Shown here: one piece after another, positions 54,317 to 64,000 of the stretch
How positions within the stretch are numbered: the first letter of the stretch is position 1
Layout: each line of letters opens with the position of its first letter
Source: Rebecca billardiae RCC1528
Taxonomy: Eukaryota; Protista; Haptophyta
Assembly: GCA_965240325.2 (NCBI GenBank)
Contig: OZ251239.1
Span: forward strand, 1,178,001-1,242,000
Length of the DNA: 64,000 nt
Direction: 5' to 3'
Notes under the pieces: generated by a model
What the model was told of the DNA's origin: nothing
What the model saw: only the letters and a program-made list of their open reading frames with translations
The model's database searches: none
Made by a program: the position numbers and the translations under genes

Positions 54317-57300
54317 TCAGAGGTCGAACAGCGCGAGGGCGGCGCACTGCGCTGCAAACACGCCGCCCAGGGAGAACACGGGCGCGAGCGCGTACGGCGC
54401 GATTCCGAGCAGCGGCCCTGCGAGCGAGCGCGCGGAGAGGCGCGGGGGCGGGGGGCGGCGCACACAGCCAGCGCGGCCGAGGCGCGTGGCACGCCGTGAG
54501 CGGCGCGCGCGCACGGAATGCGCCCGGCACGGCAGGACGCGCCGCCGCCGTCGCAGCCGCGCGAGCCGCGCGCCGTGTCACGGCCGCGCGCGCATCTCGC
54601 GCGCACCGCCCCGCAGGCTGACGTAGACGGCGCCCCACGCGCCCGCGAGGAGCGCGTCGGTTGAGATGGACTGCTGGCACAGGCCCCCCGCTGTGAACGC
54701 CTGCCGAGGCGGCGCGGCGCGGAGCGCAAGGGGGAGCGCGGCGGAGCGCGCGGCGCGATGAGCACGCCAACGCGCGCCGCGGCCGCGCGCCGTGCGCGGC
54801 GGCGGCGCACAGTCGGGTGCACGGCATGGGGCTCGGCGCCCGGCGCACGAGGGGGCGCGCGCGCCCGGGCCCCGGGCTTCGATGGACGGCGCCGCGCGCG
54901 CGCGCACACCTGCAGCAGCGTCGCCACCAAGCCGGTGGGCGGCGCGGGCGGCGCGGGCGCGCCAGCCACGGCGCCGGCCGCGCCGCCGGAGCGCGCCGCG
55001 ACGCGCGCCCACGCGCGCGCGGGGGCTGCCAGCCAGGCCACCGGCCGGTGCGACGCGCGCGGCGGCGGCGGGAGCATGGGGCTCGCGGCCTGCGGCGCGG
55101 GCGGCAGCTGCCACCAGATCACAGCGGCGGTGTTGGCGAGGTGCGTCGCCGCGCACGCGCACGCCAGCGCGCCGAACAGCGCCGCCTGCGCGCGCGGCGG
55201 CACCGCCGCGCCGCCACGCTCGCCCGCGCCGCCGCCGCGCTCGGCACCGCCCGCCGAGCCGCGCGCCGCCGCCGCGCCGAGGGCGCGCGCGACGAACGGG
55301 ACGGCGAGGATGGAGTGCAGCACGGCAAGGCAGACGGTGAACGCGCCGCGCGCGCCGCCGAGCGGCGCGAGCAGCGCCGCCGCCCGCGCCGCCGCGCCGC
55401 CGCCCTCCGCGCCCTCCAGCGCGAGCGTGAGTGGCAGCATGGCCGCCGCGCACAGCGCTAGGAGCACGCACGCGCACCCGAGGGCGTGCACCCGCGCCGC
55501 GCCGCCGCCGCCGCCGCCGCCGCGCGCCGCGGCCGCCTCGGCCTCGGCCGCTGCGGCGCGCAGCGCGCGCGGCGCCTCGCGCGCGCGCACGGCCACCTCG
55601 ACCAGCCCCACCGGGTAGCACGCCGAGATGGCGATGACGAAACCGCCGCACACGGCCGCGAGCTGATTGGACGGCGGCACGCGCAGCCGCCCGTACTCGA
55701 GATACAGCGCCGCGCTACCCACATTTACCCAGTTGAGGAGCTGCGCGGACCACCACCAGCGCGCCGGCGGGAGCGTCACCTCCGCGTACGCCTGCACGAA
55801 CGAGTTGCTCGACGCCGCCCAGCGCGCCGCGCCGCCGTCGGCCTCGCCCGCCGCCGCGGCCGCGCGCGCGCACGCGCCGCGCAGCTCAATAAACCAAAAA
55901 AGAATTCTCGACCAGGTGGCGCAGAGCGCGAGGACGCAGCAGACGGGCAGCAGCACGGCGGTCGCGGGCGCGCGCGCGGCGCACAGGCGCCACGGCACGC
56001 CGCCGAGCGCGCGCGCCGCGCACGCGCCCGCCAGCGCAAAGTACGCCGCCGACGCGACGCGGCCGGCCGTATCCGCGTCGCCCGCGAGCGCGCCGAGCGC
56101 GGCGCGCAGCAACGCAAGCGGCCCGCGCAGCTCGGATGGCAGCCGCTCGGGCACGAGGACGGGGGCTGGCGCGGCGTACGCGGCGGCGAGGGCGAGGGCA
56201 GCCAACGCGCTCGCGCACGCGAGGCGGCGCCGGGCGGCGGGGCCCACGCCGCCGCCTTCCGACCCGCCGCACCCCGCCTCCGCCGCGCCCGCCGCCGCCG
56301 CCGCCGTCGGCGCCGCCGCCTGTGTGAACCCGGCGTGCACTCCGGGGGGCGCAAGGAGGGTCTCTGCGGGCGGCTGCGCCTCGTCCGCGCGGAGCGCGAG
56401 GTCCTCGGCGGCGTACGCGGCGGTGCGCGCGGCCCAGGGCACGCGCACGCCGAGCGCGCGCGCCACGCGCACCGCCGAGATGCACGCCGACTCCTGCAGT
56501 GGGATGGCGTAGGAAGTGTAAGCACCAGCCATCCAGATGCCGCCGCCGCCCTGCGCGGCCGCGAGCTCGGCCACGGCCGCGCGCGTGTCGAGGCCGACGA
56601 CCGAGCGCTTGAAGACGACGGGCTTGATGACGGCGGCGTGCGGCGGCGGGGACGGCGTGGACTCGGGGGACGGCGTCGCCGTCTCGTCGGGCCCGCGCGC
56701 CTCCGCCTCGCCGCCTCGCCGAGCTGTGGCCGCCGCCGCGGCCGCGGCGGCCGCGGCTGCAGACTGCCCGGTGCGCAGAGCTGGCAGCGAGTCAGTCAGC
56801 GGCGCCCACGTCATGAAGAGCTCGGAGAGCTCGGGCTCGTCCGCCGCGCCGTCGGCGCCGGCGCTCGCGTCGGCGCTCGCGCCACGGCCGCCCTGCGCCG
56901 CCTCCGCCTCGGCGGCTGCGCGCACGGCGCCCCCGGCGGCGGCGGCCGCCTCGGCCGCGCCCGCGGCGGCGGCCGCGTCCGCGGCGGGCGCGACGCCGAG
57001 ACAGTCGGCGTGGTTGGTGTGCAGCGTGAACATGGCGCGGCTCAGGTCGGGCGCGAGCACGACCGAGGCGACCGACCAGTCCTCCCGCCGCGGCGGCATC
57101 ACGCACGGGTGCCGGTGCAGCAGCACCTCGCTACTCTCGTAACGAAACCGGCGGAGCACCGACGCGACTGCCGGCCTCGAGCGCGCGAGCAGGGTTGCGG
57201 ACACGTCCGCCGGCGTCGCGAGGACGACGTGGTCGAAGGGCTCGACGCGCTCGGCGGCGGCGCCGGCGGGCGTGTACGCGACGCGCGGCCTCGCCGCCTC

Positions 57301-58113
57301 GCCGCCCGCGCCCGGCTCCGCGCCCAGCACCGCCGACACCGCGCAGCCCAGCTCAAGCCGCCGGGCGCCGGCCGAGAGCCGCGCCGCGGTGTGGTCCGTG
57401 CCGAGCCGCGCGCGGTGCTGCGAGTGGCTCGAGAGCGTGGTGAGGTACGCGCGGAGCACGGCGACGGGGTACTCGAGCACCGCCTCGTACGAGCACGTGC
57501 ACACCATCGAGAGGATCGGCAGCAGCAGCCGCCGCGCGAACGGCTCGCCGATGTCGCGCGCGCGCAGGTACTGTCCGAGAGTGATGTCGGCGCAGTCCGC
57601 GGCCGAGTCGCGGCGGAGGTGGTAGTGGAAGCGGACGGCGTCGAGCAGCATGAACAGCGTGCTCGGCCGCAGCAGCTGCACCAGCGCGTACACGTCGTTC
57701 ACCTCGGGCAGCGACTCGAACTTGAGGCCTCGCGCGCGCGCGCGCGCGCCAGACGCCTTTGCGCCGCCGCCGCTGCTCGCGCCGCCCGAGATTCGGAGGA
57801 AGGGGCGCGCGGAGCCGAGGACCATGTACGACCAGGCCCACGACCACGGCTCGAGCGCGATGCCCGCGTCGCGGTACAGCGCGATCAGGTTCGGGTAGAA
57901 GGTCGACGAGATCGCGCGCGGCGGCGTGTCAATCCGGCGCCGGCCGGCGGCGGTGGAGACCTCGATCGACGTGGAGTCGACGCCGAGGCGCGGCGCGCGC
58001 TCGAAGATGGTGACGTCGTGGCCCGCGCGCGCGAACGCGTACGCCGTGGCGAGGCCCGCGATCCCCGAGCCGACCACCGCGACGCGCAGCGGCGTGCTCT
58101 CGGCGTCCGTCAT
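54317..58113 (-). CDS. FAD-binding amine-oxidase-like protein (COG2907-type) fused to a multi-TM C-terminal domain
   Basis: RVAVVGSGIAG, IFERAPRLG, IDTPPR...FYPNLIALY, FDHVVLATPAD, FRYESSEVLLH, QGGGGIWMAGAY...QESACISA, then 8 or more hydrophobic segments. Two short 3' exons predicted (AFTAGGLCQQSISTDAL..., GPLLGIAPY...LFDL*). Confidence 0.8.
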
Positions 58114-58354
58114 CGCCGCGCGCGAGGTCCGAGCTCGCCGGTTGCGCGCACGCGTGCGCTGCGCGTGCGGCGTGCGCGCCTGCGCGGCGAATTGCCGAAT
58201 TCCTTTTTTGCTCGGATCGCCGACCGGATTACCGGAACCGCCCCGCCGCCGCCGGACCACCGCCGTGCCGCCCGCGTCTCGGCTACTTGGACCGCGAGGG
58301 CGGCGTTGCGCTCTCCACTTCCCCGTTCGCGCACGCTCGCACGCGCGCGGCAGG
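58114..58354. promoter_or_regulatory. Probable bidirectional promoter between two flavoenzyme genes
   Basis: 241 bp between divergent ATGs, with a central AT-richer patch (GAATTGCCGAATTCCTTTTTTG). Confidence 0.5.
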
Positions 58355-61120
58355 ATGGCCTCCCGGCCGAGCGTGCGCTCGGTCTGCGTGATCGGCGCCG
58401 GCCCGTCCGGCCTCGTCACCGCCAAGCTCCTCGCCGAGCGGGCGTACGATGTCGTCGTGTTCGAGCAGGGGCACCGTGTTGGGGGCACGTTTGCGAACAA
58501 GACGTACGAGGACGGCCGGCTGGTGAGCAGCAAGTACCTCACGCCCTTCTCCGACCTGCGCATGGCCGAGCTGCCGCCCGCGCAGAACCACCCGAGCGTC
58601 GACGCGTACCTCGACTACCTCCGCCGCTACTGCGACGCTTTCGGTCTGTGGGCGCACATCCGCCTCTCGCACGCGGTCGAGCACGTGCGCGCGCTCGGCG
58701 GCGACGCGGACGGGTACGAGGTGCGCGTGCTCGACCTCTCGCGCGGCGTGCGATCCACGCACCGCTTCGACGCCGTCGCCGTGTGCAGCGGGCTGCACAA
58801 CGTGCCGCGCGAGCCGAGCATCCCGGGGCGCGACGCGTTTGGTGGCGTCGTCCTCCACTCGGCGCAGTACAAGGGGAAGGCGCAGCTGGCGGGGAAGCGC
58901 GTGGTCGTGGTGGGCACGGGCGAGACCGGGATGGACATCGTGTACCACGCCGTCCAGGTCTGCCCCGAGGTCACGCTCTCCATCCGGCGCGGCTTCCTGT
59001 CGGTGCCGGCCGAGGGCTGGGGCGGCGTGCCGCTGGACACCATCATCACCAACGCGTTCGAGCACTCGCACGAGCACCCGCTCGTGCAGAAGTACCGGAT
59101 GAAGTGGGCGGTGACGACGTACGTCATCCGGTGCGTGCGCGCGCCGCGCGCTGTCGCTGTCGCGAGCCGCCCGCGCCGCGCGCTGCGACGGCTGAGGCGC
59201 CCGCCACCGCGGCCGCGCGGCGCGGCGCGGCGCACGGCTGCGCGCGGCCACGCCCGCCCCACTCATCCGCACAGTCTCATGTTCCTGCTCAGCACGGGCA
59301 CGTGGCGCGGGTACAACCAGTACGTCGGCTCGGTCAACCCGGTGAGCCGCGGGTACCACATCCTGAACAAGTCCGTCGCCGCGATGCCGTACATCAACCG
59401 GCCGATCAAGCGCAAGTCGTGGCTGCGGCGCGCGCTCTTCGGCCGCTGGACGACGCCCTGGCTCGAGCCGTCGGTGCCGGGGGTGGACGTGACGTGCCGC
59501 CCGCCGATCGAGCGCGTGGACGGCCGCCGCGTGCTCTTCACCGACGGCACCGAAGTCGAGGCGGACGTCATCGTGCTCGCGACCGGCTACCGGCAGGAAT
59601 TCCCGTTCCTCAAAACGAAGCCCGAAGGCGCGGGCGCGGCCGAGACCGGGGCGGGCGGGGCGGCCGGAGCGGGCGGGGCGGCCGGAGCGGGCGGGGCGGC
59701 CGGACCGCCGTCGGCCGCGCGCGCGGCGCCGCCGGCGTGCGCCGGCGACGACGCGGCTGCGGACGCGCGGCCGGCGGCGGCGGCTGCCGCCGCCACGCCG
59801 GAGCTGTCCGCCGCTGCGCCGGCCAACGGCAGCGGCGCGCACGGCCGCGCGGGGCCCACTGCGCCGCGCGGCGGCACGGCTGACCGTGCACCCACCGGCG
59901 TGGCCGCGGACGGCGGCGACGGTGGCAGGGGGCACGCGGCCGCGGCCGCGGGCGCGCGCAAGCCCGCGGCCTCGCGCGCGCGCAGCCGGCGGCGCAAGGG
60001 CAAGGCGAAGGCGGCGGCAATCGCGGAGCAGCAGGCTGCCGGCGCGGCCGGGGGCGCCGCGGCCGCGCAGCCGCCGCCGCCGCCGCCGCCTTTGGGCGCA
60101 GCGGCGGACGAGGCGGCTGGCAGCGCGCGCGCCAAGGCGGCTGGCGGCTCGCCCACGCCCGCCGTGGGCGCCTCGCCCCCCGCCAACCGCGCGGCCGATG
60201 CCGTCTCGCCAGCCGCGCCCAAGCCGGCCGCTGCGGCCGCCGCTCCGCCCGCCCCGACCGCCGCCGCCGCTGCCGGGCCCGTCCTCACCGCTGCGCGGCC
60301 GTGCGGCGCCGCGCGCGGCCCGTCTGAGGCCTTGCGCGGCGGCGGGCTGGGCAGCTGCGAGCAGGGCGCGCCCTCGACGTGCCCGTGGTCCGAGGAGGAC
60401 CCGCTCCCCTCGCTGCACTTCATCTGCGAGCCCGAGCGCACCACCCTGTCGTTCATCGGCTTCGTCCGACCCAACGTGGGCGCCATCCCTCCCATGTCCG
60501 AGCTGCAGGCCATGTGGTGGCTCCGCTGCCTACAGGGGAAGCTGCTGCCCGAGCGCGCGCAGCAGCCCGGCGCGGGCGCGGCGCCGAGGCCCGCCACCGA
60601 GCAGCCGTACATGCTCCTCGGGCGCAAGCTGCCCTTCGGCGTCGACTTCGGCACGTACATGCACATCGTGGCCGAGGAGATCGGCGCCGCGCCGCGCGTG
60701 CTCGGGCCGACCTGGATGCTGTTCGCGCCGCGCGTGCTGATCGCGTGGGCGCTCGGCCAGGCGTACATCTCCTTCTTCAAGTGCGGCGCGCGCGCTCGGC
60801 GCGGCGCGCGCGTGCCGAACCCGCCGCCCCTCGCCTCGGCGCCGTCCGCGCACTGACCCGCCGTACCCACCTTACCCGCCGTACCCACCTTACCCACGCA
60901 CCTCGCCCGCAGGCTGTCAGGGCCCTATCGCAGCGCAGACGCGTGGACGCTCGCGCGCACCGAGCTCTGGTCGACCGTGACGAAGCGCGGGCTCGGCTCG
61001 AACCTGATCCTGCTCGCGACGGTCGCGGCGTTCGGCATGCTCTCCCTCGCCTTCTACGCGCTGGACGCGCTGCTCTGGGCGCCGCGCGCGCTGTGCGGCC
61101 GGCGCGAGGGTCGGGACTGA
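58355..61120 (+). CDS. Flavin-containing monooxygenase (class B FMO) with C-terminal membrane anchor
   Basis: VIGAGPSG, VGGTF, FMO fingerprint FGGVVLHSAQYK, VVGTGETG, ATGY, IGFVRPNVGAIPPMSELQA. Introns 59131-59274 and 60781-60912 restore ...FFKLSGPY and a hydrophobic tail ending at TGA 61118-61120. Confidence 0.92.
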
Positions 61121-61930
61121 CGCGCCAGCACGACACTGAGAGCTCCACTCCCGTCTCGGAATGAGAAGCGCCGTGCCTGTGACATGGCTGCAACGACGTG
61201 CAACTGCACGCCGGTCTTGGACTTGCGATGATCTTTAATACAATCACATGCGGACTCGGATATGATACTGCACCAGTCAGCCAGGCTGCTGCTGCGCCTG
61301 CTCCGGCGGGGGCCGGGGTGAGTGGGCGGGGGCGCTTATCACCGCGCCCGGTGGCCCCGCGGTCAGTCCCGCGGAGCTGCGCCGGCGCTCAGCTGCCGCG
61401 CGGACTCGGCGGCTCGGGCCGCACGTGCCGGCCGTGCCGTCACCGGCGTCAGCCGTGTCGCCGGGACCGCCCCCGGGACAGACTCACAGACGCTGCCCGC
61501 CCGCCCGTGTCGCGGGGCCAGTGCCGAGTGCCGGCAGGGCCGGCCCGGGCCGCCCCGGCTGGTGAGCCCAGCACTCTGGCCCGAGCCGCGGCGCGGCCGG
61601 CCGAGCGCCGCCGGCGCCGGCCCGGCCCGGCCCGGGGCAGCAGCTGCTAGGAGCAGCTGCTAGTGTCAGCGCGCAGCACAGTCACTAGTGGACTCCCATG
61701 CCACACGTCACGTGCGCGAGGGAGCGTACTCCCGACCGTGCTCACATCAGGCCAGCTCAGACCCGGCCTGGCAGGTGCGGCCATCGTGCCTCGAGGCGAC
61801 TCGTTTGGACTTTGGAGTTTGGCGCGCAGGCGCGGGGCGCACAATGGCGGCCTCGCCTCAGTAGCCATCAAGACCTTCACTTCCCTTTCGGAGGAGCACG
61901 GTATACGCTACGTGGCTGACGCGCGCGAGG

Positions 61931-63067
61931 ATGCCCAGCACGTGCGGCCGAGCTGGCTGTGGCAAGTATGCTTCCTTTGGCAAGCCGGGTACACGTGCCA
62001 GCCGCTGCGCCACGCACAAGCTGGCCGGCATGGTCAACGTGGTCAGCCGCAGGTGCGAGCATGCCGGCTGTGATAAGCAGCCGTCCTTCGGCATGCCGGG
62101 CGACACACGTGCCAGCCGCTGTGCCACGCACAAGCTTGCCGGCACGGTGGACGTGCAACACAGCAGGTGCGAGCATGCCGGCTGTGATAAGCAGCCGCAC
62201 TTCGGCATGCCGGGCGACACACGCGCCAGCCGCTGCGCGACGCACAAGCTGGCCGGCATGGTCGACGTGAGGAGCCGCAGGTGCGAGCATGCTGGCTGTG
62301 ACAAGCACCCGTGCTTCGGCATGCCCGGTGACACACGCCGCAGCCGCTGCGCCGTGCACAAGCTGGCTGGCATGATCAGCAAGCGCGCCTGGTTTGAGCG
62401 CAAGCGGGCTGCAGCCCCTGAGCCTCAGCAGGGCGGCAGCGCAAAGCGCAGGCGCGTGCAGCGGAACGGTGGCGGCACGACTGCAGCAGCTGCCGCTGCT
62501 GCCAGCTCGCAGCCTCAGCCGCAGCCACCGAGGGCCACGGCTCGTGCCGAGGCTCGCCCACCGCGTCGCCCTGACGTCGCGAGCGGCAGCGGCCCGCGCA
62601 GCCGCGGCGATGGGCCGGGCAAGCGCGCGGGGCCGAGCAGGGCGCATGCAGCGCGCGCACAGCCCGCCCTGGGCAGTGCCCCGCCCGCGGACGAGCCAGG
62701 CGGTGGAGGTGGCGGGGAGCACGTGGCAGATGCTCCGCTGCTCGGCCAGCTGGTCGAGCCTGCCTTGGGCACGCGGCACGCCGACGCTGCCGCCGAGCTC
62801 GCTGCCGAGCGCGCCGCCACCGAGCGCATGCGCGCCGAGCTCGTGCGCGCGCGCATGCGGCTGCGTCTCGCCGAGCAGGCGGCCGACCCGTCGCACCTGC
62901 GCGTGCTGCGCTTGGTCATGGAGGGCGAGGCTGAGCCCCTTGGCGCACTTCTGACGGGTGTTGATGCACGCTGTGACCCTGCGACTACACGAGATGAGAC
63001 TGAGCGCCATGCCACGCTGCACTACCTGCGCGAGCTCGAGGCGCGGGTCCGCGAGCCATCCGACTGA
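61931..63067 (+). CDS. EsV-1-7-like Cys/His repeat protein (4 repeats) with low-complexity C-terminus
   Basis: 38-aa/114-bp units CEHAGCDKQPSFGMPGDTRASRCATHKLAGxVDV at 62051, 62165 and 62279, plus a diverged first copy (C-x4-C...C-x2-H). Confidence 0.85.
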   Translation: MPSTCGRAGCGKYASFGKPGTRASRCATHKLAGMVNVVSRRCEHAGCDKQPSFGMPGDTRASRCATHKLAGTVDVQHSRCEHAGCDKQPHFGMPGDTRASRCATHKLAGMVDVRSRRCEHAGCDKHPCFGMPGDTRRSRCAVHKLAGMISKRAWFERKRAAAPEPQQGGSAKRRRVQRNGGGTTAAAAAAASSQPQPQPPRATARAEARPPRRPDVASGSGPRSRGDGPGKRAGPSRAHAARAQPALGSAPPADEPGGGGGGEHVADAPLLGQLVEPALGTRHADAAAELAAERAATERMRAELVRARMRLRLAEQAADPSHLRVLRLVMEGEAEPLGALLTGVDARCDPATTRDETERHATLHYLRELEARVREPSD

Positions 63068-64000
63068 CTACCGAACTCCGCAATCCGAACGTCGTATGCG
63101 GTATGGCCCCGTCGGCGTACTGTCAGTTGCGTCAGAGACTGAGAGAGTACGTCCGCCCGGCGCCTGGCTCCAGCCACAGTCAGGGACGTCCACTGACCCT
63201 ATGGGGGGGGTGCATTTAGACGAACCCCTGGGAGCCAGGGAGCGATGAGGGTACCAATCGAAAGATCTCCGGGGGCGGCGGACGAAGCCGCAGGTTCAAA
63301 ACCGAAGCCGCAGACGATTTCGTATGTTTCTTTGTCCTTGAACGCGTCGTCACAGTCGAACACGGAGGACTCCGTCGTGCTGAACTTTTTTTTGGGCTCC
63401 CGGACCGGTCTCTCGCACGATGGAGCTCCGCCGAGCGGGCGAGGAGACGAGACGCCTTGGAGGCCTTGATCCGGGCGCATCCCCTGGTTGGCCGCGGCAC
63501 CCTGTCGCGCTCGCGCCCCGGGTGCACCTTCGTGCACTGAGAGTCACCGATGGGCGAGAAGCTGCTCGTCGACTCGAGCAAGCTGCGCGCTATCCGCGTC
63601 GAGCTGCTCGCGCCGGCGGCCACACCTCGCGGCGGTGCGGGCGTGCGCATGAGCTTGTCGGCTTCTAGCTGCTCGCGCCCCGGGCCGCGCCGTCAGCTCG
63701 TGGTGCCACGGGTATGCGCACGAGCTCGTGCTTGGCTGCAGCTCCTCAGAGGACTGCCACAGCTGGCTGGCTCAGAGCTTGTTCGCGAGTGCTGAGGTGC
63801 GGCGTGGCCTGCGCGGTGCGCCGCAGCGGTCAATGCGTTGCTCGATGATCCTGCACTGCGCTACGTCTTGACTCGCGAGGGAGGCGCCGATATCGGGGCT
63901 GTGTGTAATGCGTCATGGCATAGCACATAGCATCATATGATGCGCTGCTGATGCTATGTACTGCTACCGGCGGACCGTATATATTTACACACAGCCCAGA

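Noticed and set aside
55486-59883. 1465-aa plus-strand ORF and similar long Arg/Ala-rich overlapping ORFs throughout
   Set aside because: Off-frame or antisense to genes with clear motifs; no independent domain signal.
61943-62380. CRISPR-like array
   Set aside because: Contiguous in-frame protein repeats with no unique spacers.
61686-63196. hAT-like ends (TAGTGGAC / GTCCACTG) around the EsV-1-7 gene
   Set aside because: Only ~7 exact bases and no TSD.

Overview
Very GC-rich eukaryotic DNA with spliceosomal introns (mostly GTGCG...CAG), TTAGGG-type telomeric repeats, (TA)n tracts and a 200-N scaffold gap at 40633-40832. The composition and gene style suggest a pavlovophycean haptophyte alga such as Diacronema/Pavlova; this is an inference. 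About 14 host-type genes can be read: ShK-prolyl 4-hydroxylase, F-box-RCC1, Sfi1-like repeat protein, a ~3000-aa tandem two-module CNBD-ankyrin channel, a TPS-TPP-TPP trehalose enzyme, a membrane protein with a degenerate TIR-like domain, an acidic type-I membrane protein, a long low-complexity protein, a renalase-like flavoprotein, a U-box membrane protein, a NifU-C-like protein, a divergent COG2907-type flavoprotein/FMO pair and an EsV-1-7 repeat protein. The intergenic DNA holds at least seven non-autonomous elements with terminal inverted repeats (TIRs); three have exact 7-bp target-site duplications (TSDs), some are nested, and no transposase is recognisable. Strongest leads: (1) the channel joins a GYG pore module and a non-canonical GLPQ pore module in one chain; (2) the telomeric tract faces the wrong way for a chromosome end and sits between self-palindromic inverted repeats; (3) the trehalose synthase carries a degenerate and an intact phosphatase domain in tandem. 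All calls were made by eye with no database searches.
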